Shown here piece after piece: positions 40,516 through 49,223 of a stretch of 64,000 nucleotides of DNA. The notes below the pieces were generated by a model. That model saw only the letters and a list, made by a program, of their open reading frames with translations. It was not told where the DNA came from and did not search any database. Each line of letters starts with the position of its first letter. Position 1 is the stretch's first letter. Source of the DNA: Kofleriaceae bacterium (GTDB lineage: Bacteria; Myxococcota_A; Polyangia; Haliangiales; Haliangiaceae); contig CBDCCZ010000049.1 of the NCBI GenBank assembly GCA_965215005.1, positions 128,001 through 192,000 of the forward strand. Direction: 5' to 3'. Made by a program: the position numbers and the translations under genes.

Positions 40516-41581
40516 GGATTCACTACTCTCCATTCGTGGGTGGCGTCGCGTCGGAATGTCCGAGAAATGCCACCATCCAAACGGACGACGACCTCGAACA
40601 CCCGTTGAGCACCGGGCGGTTTGTTGACGCGTGACATGTTTCGCAGATCGCGGAGGAGCTCATCGAACCAGTCGATGGGTGTCCCCACGTCTCGCCACCC
40701 GCCCGCGCCATCGGGACGCGCCGTGTGTTGAAGGCCAGCATCGTCCACTCGTCTGCGGGCGTCGCCGCTACCTGGTATCCCCTGCGCCGACCGCAGCTCC
40801 GCATCGAAGATGCCATACACCACTACCCGGTAGTCACCTTCGGGGCTGCTATCGAACTTCTGTAGACCCTCACTCAGCTGCGTGGTCAGCTTTGCCGAGC
40901 TTCTAACCGGCGCACGCACACTCTTCACCTCGGTCAGCTGACCGGATCCGGTCAGCGTGTCTGCCTTAGAATCCTCGGTACCGGTCCGATGCTCGCCAAG
41001 GATTAGTGTGTCGTTGTCGGCCAGGGCTGCGAGTTGGTGGCGGGCTTCGACGAGCTCGTTGAGCAGGTCGGCGCGCTGGTGGGCGGCGTCTGTGGTGTCG
41101 GCTGTGATGCCGTTGATTTCGGCGAGGACGGCGTCGATGTCGCGGACGCGTGGATCGCTGGCAAGCTGGTGCAGTAGCGTGGGCAGCTCGGCGGCGTCGA
41201 TGCCGCGGGTGGCGAGGATGGCGACGTCTTGTTGGGCGCGATCGAGGAGGCGGCCGGCGTCGCTGCCGCTTCCGCCGCGTTCGGCGTAGGCTGCGACGGC
41301 GTCGGCGCGGGTGGCGCGCGCTTCACTGCCGGCAGGCGCTTCTTCGAAGCTGCCATCGACGAAGCGGCGCGGCGGCAACTCGGCGCCGTGCGCATCGAAG
41401 CGTCGCGCGCGTCCCACCGAAGGGACGCCGCTGTCGTCCAGGACCCAGCGATAGCCCTCGGGGATGGCGTTGGCGTCGGGGCCGTAGCGAAACTCGGCTT
41501 CGAGCGCAGCGGTCCAGCCGTTTGGCAGCGGCTCGAGGCGATGCGCTGCGTGGCCGCGCTGCGCGAGCAGCTGCTGATGGC
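39817..41581 (-). repeat. Direct repeat, copy A of the toxin C-terminus + immunity module
   Basis: See copy B; about 16 mismatches over 40981-41581, clearly more divergent below 40980. Confidence 0.95.
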
Positions 41582-44500
41582 GAGGCGAGGCGGCGCGCTC
41601 GGGTGCAATCGGTACGGGGGAGTCGACCGCGGGCGCCTCGCGGGGGTGCTCCCCGGGTCGCGAGCCCATCTGCGCCTGAGCGCCGTGCACGGTGCCGTCG
41701 TCGTCGGCGCGCGCGGCGACGAAGCCAAGGCCCGGCGCGAGGTCGTCGAGGTGCGAGGCGTGCTCGCGGATTTGCGCCTCGAGGCTGGCAATCTGCAGCT
41801 CGATCGATTCGCGCGTGGTGTCGTCCAGGCCGTGCTGGCTGAGGCGCTCGCGAAACTCCGCGACCATCTGCGGCAGCTTTTGCAGCTCGAAGTGGGCTTC
41901 GAACGCGCGGCTCCCAGGCGGGATACGGCCGCCGCCGCGCTTGTACGCCTGCACGCGCTCGAGCAGGTTGCGCAGCGAGCCGGTGAGGCCTTCGTAGCGA
42001 CGCATCGAGCGCAGCGTGGTCTCGTGCATCGCCACCCACTCGAGCGACGCGCTTCGGCCGACCTCGAGCCGCACGTTGGTGATGCCGCCGAGCGCGCCCA
42101 CGTCGTAGGCGATGCGCACGTCGCCGCCGTCGATCCGCACCACCTCCACGGCGAGCGCGCGGGCCACCATGTCGACGTCGGCGTCGGCCATGGCGCGCGC
42201 GCCGCGCTGCGACACGGCATCCTTGAATGCAGCCCGATTCTCAGCCTGGCGATGCGCGTGAATCTCGCCGATATGCCCCATCGCGCGCATGGAGCCGCGC
42301 ATCAGGCCCTGCTGCGCCAAGATGTTGCCGTAGGCGCTCGCCCACGCGTTGGCGGCCTCCTCTTGCACGCGCGAAAGCTCGGCCCGCAGACCCGGCAGTC
42401 GCGGGTCGGATTGGTTGTCGTGCTCGAGCACTTCGACCTGCGCCGCAAGCTCGGCCGCCTGCCGAACCGCGCCAAACCGCACCGTCTGGATCTCTTCCAT
42501 GGCCTGCTGATTGAGCAGCACCACGTCGCCGGCCAGCTCTAGCCCCTCCATCACGTAATACAGCCGTGTTCCCAGCTTTACGGTCCGCGTTGCCTGACCG
42601 ACGTAGGGAAGGATGTCGATGGCCAGCTGACCGATTCCCATCCACACCCGTTCGGTGGTGAGGGTGTCGCGCTCGTAATACGCCACCATCTGCGAGACGG
42701 TTTCGATGCCGTTGTAGGCAACCAGTGCCGGGACCACGACCGGCGCCGTGTAGGGCGCAAAAATCACCACCACCGCGCCGGCGATGTTGACCACCACTTG
42801 CACCGACGGGTCCCATACGGTGCTGCGAACAACCTCCCAGGTGCTGTTGCAGTCGAGGGTGAAGCCAAGAAATCGGCCCGTCGAAATTCCGGCCTCATCG
42901 AGGGTTTCGACGCGCACGCTCATCTGCCCCGATGGATACGATTTACTGAGCTCGACGAAGGTGGCTTCGAGAGCGTCGCGAAACGTTGGACGCACCTCCG
43001 AGTAGCGACTGTTGTCGTTGTCGAAGGCCTGCGTGGTGTCGTGGATGCTCACGCGCCACGCTTGTCCCTGCCGCTGCGCCGTCGCCACCAGCGATAGCTC
43101 TTGTGAGGTCGCGTTGCTGGCGCGCGCCAGGTACGCGCCCTGGATGTATAAAAGCTGCGCTCCCGCGTCCTGCTCTTGTCGGACGCGTTGCTCGGCCTCA
43201 TCCAGCGAGCGCAGATACTCGGCGGCCCACTGCAGCGCTCGCGGATCGGCGCGCCCCGAGTCGACGTATCGCTGAATGCGCTCGCGCTGACCGCGAAGGC
43301 GGTCGAGGTGCTGCGGCGGCGGCATGCCGGGCCCGCATTCGATGGGCAGCGCCCCTTCGACCACCGTGCCGGTCGAACGCGCCGTCGAGTCGGTCCAGCT
43401 GCTATCGGCAAATTCGTAGCTCGCGTCGGTGACCTGCGCCTGGCCGAACATGCCGCCATCAAAGACGCGGCTCTCGAGCTCAGTTAACCGCTCGGACTCG
43501 GTCTTGACCTCGACGTAGATCGAAAACGCGTTGGGGAGATAAAAATGATGTTCGACGAGCGCATTGATCTCGTAGATGCCCGGCCGCTCAAACGCGATCT
43601 CGTAGCGGTCAGGGGCTTCGCTTGCATAATCGCGGTGGCTGGTATGTCCGCGATCGACGATGGGCGCGCTTTGGTTAGGGCCCGAGGCCTCGGTCACCAC
43701 CCACGTCACGTCCACCCACGGAATCGCGAAGGCATCATCCTGGCTGCTCGTGCGAAAGCTGAACGCGGCCTTCTTGCCAGTGAACAGCAGATCGCCGTGA
43801 TTGACGATGGCTCCCTCGACCGGAAACGAGAACGGACGTGCTCGCGCTTGGCCCGCGGCCTCGATGCCCAAGCGCGCGTGCACCTCGCCGAGCTCGATGG
43901 CGTGCATGGCGTTTCGGAACCGCTGCGTCGTCGACATCGGCTGTGTCGGCTCGCCGCCGCTGGTGCGCAGCGCCTCGAGAATGCGCTGCTTGTTCGGGTG
44001 CGCGTCGATCTCGCGCCACACTGCCAGCAGCGACGGCCCCACGTACAGCGGCGTGCCTTCCGGCCGCGCGTCGCCGCCGAGCTCGCGGAGGAATCGCTCG
44101 GCGAAGGCTTTGTCGGCCTCGCTCAGCGATTCATCGACGGTGGCGCCCGCGGAGCCTCCCGATGCGCCGCCGCCCTCGGCCGCCCGAACCTCGAACTCGC
44201 GCCAGGCCTCGGCGCCAAATAATTGAGTGAGCGAGAGCCGGTCGTAATAGACGGCGGCGCCTTGCGCGTGCCGCTGCGCCGGCACGCCGAAGCGCCCCTC
44301 CGCCAGAAGCCGGTTTTTCAGCCCCACGTCCATCGCCAGCGCGGTCTGCCGTTCGAGCGCCGCGAACACCTCCGTGAGCAGCGTTGCCGACGCCTCGCGC
44401 GCGCCGCCATCGGGCATCAGCACCGAGCTTCGCAGGTACACCACGGCCATGCGATCGCTGCTCGCTCCCGCCAGCGCCCGCGGCACCAGCGGAAACTCCC

Positions 44501-45719
44501 ACACCACATCGGTCCCCGGCGGCAGCCCGATATGCAGGTAGATGCTCTTGCGGATGGCCACGCGAGCCTCGGTCTCGTCGGCGCGAAACACCGCGTTGAC
44601 TGCAATGGCTGCCGCCGCCTGCGCCCGCTCCTGCGCCGACAGCTGCGAAATCCACGGCATCGGCCCCGCCGCGAGCGCCGCCAGAATTTGCTCGGTCGCG
44701 GCCGCGTTCCGTGGCCCCTCGGCGTAATGCGCCTCGTACCACGGGCGCTCGACCACGAGCGTGGCGCCATTGTCCTCGATGCGGAACCCATCGCCCTCGT
44801 CATCGCCAAACCCAGCGCTTCCCTGCGGCGCCAGAGGGACCGCCGCGCGCGCCCGCGATTGCCCCGCCGCCAGGGACCGCGCCAGCACGCGCGCCTCTCG
44901 CTCCGCCGCAACGCGCTGGCTGCGACCCGCAAGCCGCATTTGCGCCACGTGAACCAGCTCGTGCGCCATCACCTCGCGGCCGCGCATGCTCGAAGCCGCG
45001 CCGGCATCGAGCTCGATCCCCGTTGCCGTGGCGACCCCGCCGCCGCGCGCCGCCGCCGCGCCCCCGCGCGTGTACTCGATCTCAACCTGGGGCGGCAGCC
45101 CCAGCGCCGATGCTAGCTCCGCCGCCTGCCGCGTCCCCGCCGCTGCCAGCGCCGGGTCATCGCCGCGAACCCGCGGTGCTTCCGGCGCCGGCCGCGCCTC
45201 GCCACCCTTTTCGCCACCCGCCGTCTCATCGACCCTCTCTCGCGCCCCGCGCGTCGCCCAACGCGGATCGTCGGGAGGGATCGTTGACTCCGAAGGCGGA
45301 AACAGCGGCCCCATGATCTCCTCGACCACCGACTGTCCCGGGAACCGTTCCCCCGCCTGCCGCTGCTGCCAATGTTTCTCAGCCTCGATGCGCTCGGAAG
45401 CCTCCTGCGTACGAGTTCGCTTGCCCGGCACCCCGCGCTCCCACGGCCGGCGCCATGCCCCGCGCTCCCCCTGCGGCGGACCCATCGCGCGGGTGCGTTT
45501 GCCGGGAATCGGGCGCGAGCGCTCGATGATTTGTCGCAGGCAATCGGCCTCGGAACGATGCCATTGCCGGGCCAGCCTAAAGGCCTCCGCCAACATCCCG
45601 TCGGCGTACTTCGCCGGCACCCCAAGCTGGCGCATCAGCTCACGCAGCTCTTCTTCGAGCTGCTTCCGCTCATGCGCCGCGCGATCGAAGCGCCGGTATC
45701 GATCATCGAAGTATTTCAT
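40512..45719 (-). CDS. Putative polymorphic toxin: PGKRT motifs, DUF4157/eCIS-core-like domain, central region with TM helices, C-terminal PD-(D/E)xK-like nuclease
   Basis: IPGKRTR/VPGKRTRT; GREVMAHELVHVAQ...AEREA; VQVVVNIAGAVVVIFAP..., AIDILPYVG; NELVEA...ADTLTGSGQLTEVKS...QLSEG. Confidence 0.75.
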   Translation of the reverse strand: MKYFDDRYRRFDRAAHERKQLEEELRELMRQLGVPAKYADGMLAEAFRLARQWHRSEADCLRQIIERSRPIPGKRTRAMGPPQGERGAWRRPWERGVPGKRTRTQEASERIEAEKHWQQRQAGERFPGQSVVEEIMGPLFPPSESTIPPDDPRWATRGARERVDETAGGEKGGEARPAPEAPRVRGDDPALAAAGTRQAAELASALGLPPQVEIEYTRGGAAAARGGGVATATGIELDAGAASSMRGREVMAHELVHVAQMRLAGRSQRVAAEREARVLARSLAAGQSRARAAVPLAPQGSAGFGDDEGDGFRIEDNGATLVVERPWYEAHYAEGPRNAAATEQILAALAAGPMPWISQLSAQERAQAAAAIAVNAVFRADETEARVAIRKSIYLHIGLPPGTDVVWEFPLVPRALAGASSDRMAVVYLRSSVLMPDGGAREASATLLTEVFAALERQTALAMDVGLKNRLLAEGRFGVPAQRHAQGAAVYYDRLSLTQLFGAEAWREFEVRAAEGGGASGGSAGATVDESLSEADKAFAERFLRELGGDARPEGTPLYVGPSLLAVWREIDAHPNKQRILEALRTSGGEPTQPMSTTQRFRNAMHAIELGEVHARLGIEAAGQARARPFSFPVEGAIVNHGDLLFTGKKAAFSFRTSSQDDAFAIPWVDVTWVVTEASGPNQSAPIVDRGHTSHRDYASEAPDRYEIAFERPGIYEINALVEHHFYLPNAFSIYVEVKTESERLTELESRVFDGGMFGQAQVTDASYEFADSSWTDSTARSTGTVVEGALPIECGPGMPPPQHLDRLRGQRERIQRYVDSGRADPRALQWAAEYLRSLDEAEQRVRQEQDAGAQLLYIQGAYLARASNATSQELSLVATAQRQGQAWRVSIHDTTQAFDNDNSRYSEVRPTFRDALEATFVELSKSYPSGQMSVRVETLDEAGISTGRFLGFTLDCNSTWEVVRSTVWDPSVQVVVNIAGAVVVIFAPYTAPVVVPALVAYNGIETVSQMVAYYERDTLTTERVWMGIGQLAIDILPYVGQATRTVKLGTRLYYVMEGLELAGDVVLLNQQAMEEIQTVRFGAVRQAAELAAQVEVLEHDNQSDPRLPGLRAELSRVQEEAANAWASAYGNILAQQGLMRGSMRAMGHIGEIHAHRQAENRAAFKDAVSQRGARAMADADVDMVARALAVEVVRIDGGDVRIAYDVGALGGITNVRLEVGRSASLEWVAMHETTLRSMRRYEGLTGSLRNLLERVQAYKRGGGRIPPGSRAFEAHFELQKLPQMVAEFRERLSQHGLDDTTRESIELQIASLEAQIREHASHLDDLAPGLGFVAARADDDGTVHGAQAQMGSRPGEHPREAPAVDSPVPIAPERAASPRHQQLLAQRGHAAHRLEPLPNGWTAALEAEFRYGPDANAIPEGYRWVLDDSGVPSVGRARRFDAHGAELPPRRFVDGSFEEAPAGSEARATRADAVAAYAERGGSGSDAGRLLDRAQQDVAILATRGIDAAELPTLLHQLASDPRVRDIDAVLAEINGITADTTDAAHQRADLLNELVEARHQLAALADNDTLILGEHRTGTEDSKADTLTGSGQLTEVKSVRAPVRSSAKLTTQLSEGLQKFDSSPEGDYRVVVYGIFDAELRSAQGIPGSGDARRRVDDAGLQHTARPDGAGGWRDVGTPIDWFDELLRDLRNMSRVNKPPGAQRVFEVVVRLDGGISRTFRRDATHEWRVVNP

Positions 45720-45836
45720 GTCCGCCGCGTCTTCCCGTGCCCGCCGTCAACACACCTCGAGCCGAACAAGTGTATCGATCCCACAGACGCAGAGTTGCGT
45801 CCTCGTCGCGCCAGCGCGAAATCGCGGCGGCTGGGC

Positions 45837-46172
45837 TTACGTCGGCTCGTCGGCAGCCATCGCGTCTGGCATCGCGTCCGACGCATCCATTGCGTCCATC
45901 GCATCCGAGGCATCCATCGCGTCCGCGGGGGGCTCGACCATGGCATCGGGCTCGAGCGGAACCATCGCGTCCGCGGGCATCGCATCGGGAACTGGTTGCC
46001 CCCCTGCCCTCTGCGCGCACCGTTGCGTGGTGATGTTGCAGACCAGCGTGCCTTTACAGTCGGCGTTGACCTGGCAGCGGTCGCCTACGCCCTGCTCGCA
46101 CCCTGCAAGCGCTACGGCACTGGTCAGAGCCAGGAGCCCACGACGCAACCAAATCATCGACATGCCTTTCAT
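45837..46172 (-). CDS. Small Cys-rich lipoprotein with DAM-repeat tail
   Basis: ALAGC lipobox; CQVNADCKGTLVCNITTQRC; PDAM/DAMDASDAM repeats. Confidence 0.75.
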   Translation of the reverse strand: MKGMSMIWLRRGLLALTSAVALAGCEQGVGDRCQVNADCKGTLVCNITTQRCAQRAGGQPVPDAMPADAMVPLEPDAMVEPPADAMDASDAMDAMDASDAMPDAMAADEPT

Positions 46173-46228
46173 TTGGGCGGGTGCATAGCACAAGCGGCGA
46201 TGGAGCTCACGCTTTCGCCGCCAGCCAA

Positions 46229-47188
46229 CTACTCTGCAGCGCGCGCGCAGCGAAACCCGCGTTGCTCGGAGCGGCGTTGCGGGCGCCACGGATTGCGCAT
46301 GAAGCTACGGCCGAAAAACTTGGGCTGACGCCAGGACCCGCCTCGCGCCACCCGATAGTCTTCCCCTTCGCTCGCCACGTCGCGAAGCGGATTGACCTGC
46401 GGCAACCCGGCGTAGTGATCGCTCGAGAAATAATCCGCGACCCACTCCTCGACGTTGCCCGCCAGATCGAAGGCTCCATACGCGCTGATCGACCATCGCA
46501 GTGCGCCGGGGGGTGCGGCGTGCTTATAGCCATCGCTTTCATCCGTGGTGAAGAGGAGCGGCGTACGGAAATTGAAGGCGGAAGGACGGCCATGGAACTT
46601 GCTCGCGACTACCGCCTGGTTTTCGCCGCTTCCATGGTTAGAGCCGTCCCGTCGTTCTTGGTTGCCCCATGGCCACGCCCGCCGATCGCGCCCACGCGCC
46701 GCCTTCTCCCACTCGGCCTCGGTTGGCAGCCGTTTACCGGCCCACGCGCAGTAATCCACTGCATCTTGCCAGGTGACATTCACCATCGGCCAATCAGCGC
46801 GCAGATAGCGTGAATCACCCGCGATGAGCGCCGCAACATCGCATTCACCCGCCGCGACGCAGACGCGAAATTGCGCCGCGGTGACCTCGTAGCGGTCGAG
46901 ATCAAAGGCATCCAGATACACCACCCGCGGCGACAACCCCTCGAGAAATAGCTGCTGCTCGGAGCAAAACCAGTGTTGCTCGCCGATCTCTTGCCGACAC
47001 TGCGCCAGCGTCTCATCGAGCTGCGCGGCGCTGGGCCCCATCACGAACGTGCCCGCCGGAACCCGCACCATGGCGGAAGGACGATGTTCCAGACGCTCGA
47101 TTCGTTGTTGCGATGGCTCAGTCGCATCGCCGGCGCTAGCACCAACGACCAGCGCCGCCGCGGCAGCAAGAAAACGAGCAGCGGTCAT
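46229..47188 (-). CDS. Formylglycine-generating-enzyme (SUMF1/FGE-sulfatase) domain protein, exported
   Basis: VPAGTFVMG, DRYEVT, PMVNVTWQDA, RLPTEAEWEKAARG, DLAGNVEEW, RGGSW, GFRCA. Confidence 0.9.
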   Translation of the reverse strand: MTAARFLAAAAALVVGASAGDATEPSQQRIERLEHRPSAMVRVPAGTFVMGPSAAQLDETLAQCRQEIGEQHWFCSEQQLFLEGLSPRVVYLDAFDLDRYEVTAAQFRVCVAAGECDVAALIAGDSRYLRADWPMVNVTWQDAVDYCAWAGKRLPTEAEWEKAARGRDRRAWPWGNQERRDGSNHGSGENQAVVASKFHGRPSAFNFRTPLLFTTDESDGYKHAAPPGALRWSISAYGAFDLAGNVEEWVADYFSSDHYAGLPQVNPLRDVASEGEDYRVARGGSWRQPKFFGRSFMRNPWRPQRRSEQRGFRCARAAE

Positions 47189-47259
47189 CCGCCCCGATGA
47201 TAGCAACCGAGCACGCGGAGGCCACACCAGCCAGGCGACGCGGGCTCGCCTCGATGCTT

Positions 47260-49056
47260 TCAGCCGGCAGCGAGCCAAGCTTGAGCAATCCGCGCCCGCT
47301 CGGCGCTGGCCGACGGCGTCTCCAAAAGCTCTCGAAGCGTTCGATCGAGCGCTTGATGCTTGCCGCGCTGCTCGATGAGTGCGGCCAACGCCGCCTGCCG
47401 AACCATCGCCTCGGGGTCATCCAGGTGACCTTGAAGCTGCTCCGGGTCGCGCGTGGCTCGCACCGCCCGCGCCCGCACCTCGACGTCATCATCATTAATG
47501 TGCGCGATGAGCGCCGCCGCCGCCGCTGGCTCCGCGCGGCGACGCAAGGACTCCGCGGCGCGCAGCCGCACCTCACCGTCCTCGTGCTCGAGCAGCGCCA
47601 CCAACCGTTCGACTGCCGTCGGTCCCGGCACCCGCGCAAGACTCTCCGCGAGCGCCCGCAGCACCACCGGACTCTGCTCGCGGGCCACCATCGCGAGCGA
47701 TTTCCCAAGCTGCGCGGGAGCCAGCGCAGCGGCAGCCCGCAGCGCCGCCGCTCGCACCCGCTCGTCGCGATCCTTCAGCAGCTCGATCGCCTTCCAGTAT
47801 CCCAGGCGACTCTTAACACCGCGCGCGGCGGCGACCGCAAGTGCCTCGGCGCACGCGGCTCGCACCGCCGGATCGGCGTCATCGAGCATCACGCGGATGA
47901 ACTTGACAGCGTCGCCATGCAGGCCAACTTGCCCGGCCAGCGCGGCGCACGCAGCGCTGCGCTGCCGTCGCTCCGAGTCCTTGGTCAGCGGCGCCACTCG
48001 CTGCACGGCGCCCTCCACTGGCAGCTCCGCCAGCACCATCAGCGCGCCCATGCGAGCGCTGGGCTCCGAGCTTGCCAACCAGTCCATCACCTCGGTGGTC
48101 ACCGGGCCAGCCTCTCCAAGCTCGGCGAGCGCGTGCGCCGCCGCGACGCCGCTCTCGGTCTGGCCGCGATCGCGGACCAGCACCTCGCGTAGTAGCGGCG
48201 CCGCCTCGGCATCGGCGAGCGCGCCGAGCGCGAGCAGCGCCTCGCGCACCAGCATCGGGTCGGCGGTGCCGGCGACCAGCGCCCGAACCTGGGGAGCGGC
48301 CGCGGCGACCTTACCCGCCGACGCCGCCGCGACGCCGGCCGCTCGCGCCGCAGGATCGTCACTGGCGAGAGCCGCGCGAACCGCTGCTTCGAAAATTCGC
48401 TCCCCGAGATCCGCGCGAGCCTGCGGCGCAGTGGAGCGGTCATCGAGAAGCCGCGTAGCAGCGGTCGAGACGTCACCGGCGGCCAGATATTTGGCCACCG
48501 CCTCCGCAACCGGAAGCAGCTCGCGGGTCAAGGTCGCGGTGGCTGCACCGGCACCGCGTCGATCGTTGTGAAACGTCCACTGCAGGTGCACGCGGTCGTC
48601 ATCGGAAATCAAGCCGGCGGGTGGCAGTGGCAACGGCGCTGCGTCGCGAACGACCTCGGCGGCGACGGTGTCAAAGTCTGGAATGCCGCTCGACCGCACC
48701 ACCGCCAGCGCCGCGAGCTCACCGCGGCGATCGAGCTCGATGGCGAGGGTGACAGCGAGCGACTCGTCGCGAAGCGGGTCTGCGGCCGGCAAACGGCCTC
48801 GAATGTCTTGCAGAAACCCCGCCCAACGCGCCTGGAGCGGCGACTGGACCTGCTGCAAGTAACTCGCCCCGAACTGCTCCAACGAGACCGGCGGCGGGTC
48901 CCCCAATTGCGGCCCCGGTGACCGCGCTGGCGGCGGCGGCCCCTCCACCTCCACCTGCGTTACTTCGAGCGGCGCTGGTCCAGGTCCTTGGGCACGCGAG
49001 CAGGCCAAGAGCAGGGGCGCAAGCAGAGCCGCGGCCAGGATCGTGCGATGTATCAT
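47260..49056 (-). CDS. Lipoprotein with TonB C-terminal-like domain and HEAT repeats
   Basis: LLLAC lipobox, Pro-rich linker, LDRRGEL..VVRSSGIPDFD..A..VRDAAPLPLPP, then several D.D..VR..A repeats. Confidence 0.8.
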   Translation of the reverse strand: MIHRTILAAALLAPLLLACSRAQGPGPAPLEVTQVEVEGPPPPARSPGPQLGDPPPVSLEQFGASYLQQVQSPLQARWAGFLQDIRGRLPAADPLRDESLAVTLAIELDRRGELAALAVVRSSGIPDFDTVAAEVVRDAAPLPLPPAGLISDDDRVHLQWTFHNDRRGAGAATATLTRELLPVAEAVAKYLAAGDVSTAATRLLDDRSTAPQARADLGERIFEAAVRAALASDDPAARAAGVAAASAGKVAAAAPQVRALVAGTADPMLVREALLALGALADAEAAPLLREVLVRDRGQTESGVAAAHALAELGEAGPVTTEVMDWLASSEPSARMGALMVLAELPVEGAVQRVAPLTKDSERRQRSAACAALAGQVGLHGDAVKFIRVMLDDADPAVRAACAEALAVAAARGVKSRLGYWKAIELLKDRDERVRAAALRAAAALAPAQLGKSLAMVAREQSPVVLRALAESLARVPGPTAVERLVALLEHEDGEVRLRAAESLRRRAEPAAAAALIAHINDDDVEVRARAVRATRDPEQLQGHLDDPEAMVRQAALAALIEQRGKHQALDRTLRELLETPSASAERARIAQAWLAAG

Positions 49057-49223
49057 GTGCTGAGCCACGCCTCCTGGCTGCTACGATAACGACAATTGCC
49101 AGACGTTGCATGGCTAGCGCCTTGCAAACGAGCTGCAGAGCGTGCTCAGCGAGGCGTTTGCCGCCGCCGAGTGCCGCGCCGTGGTGAGGCGATGCGCGGC
49201 AACGCGCCGCCACGGGTTGGGAC

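Noticed and set aside
37637..41581. Diversity-generating retroelement or CRISPR explanation for the repeat pair
   Set aside because: No RT or cas gene, mismatches are not adenine-specific, and the repeat is ~1.77 kb.
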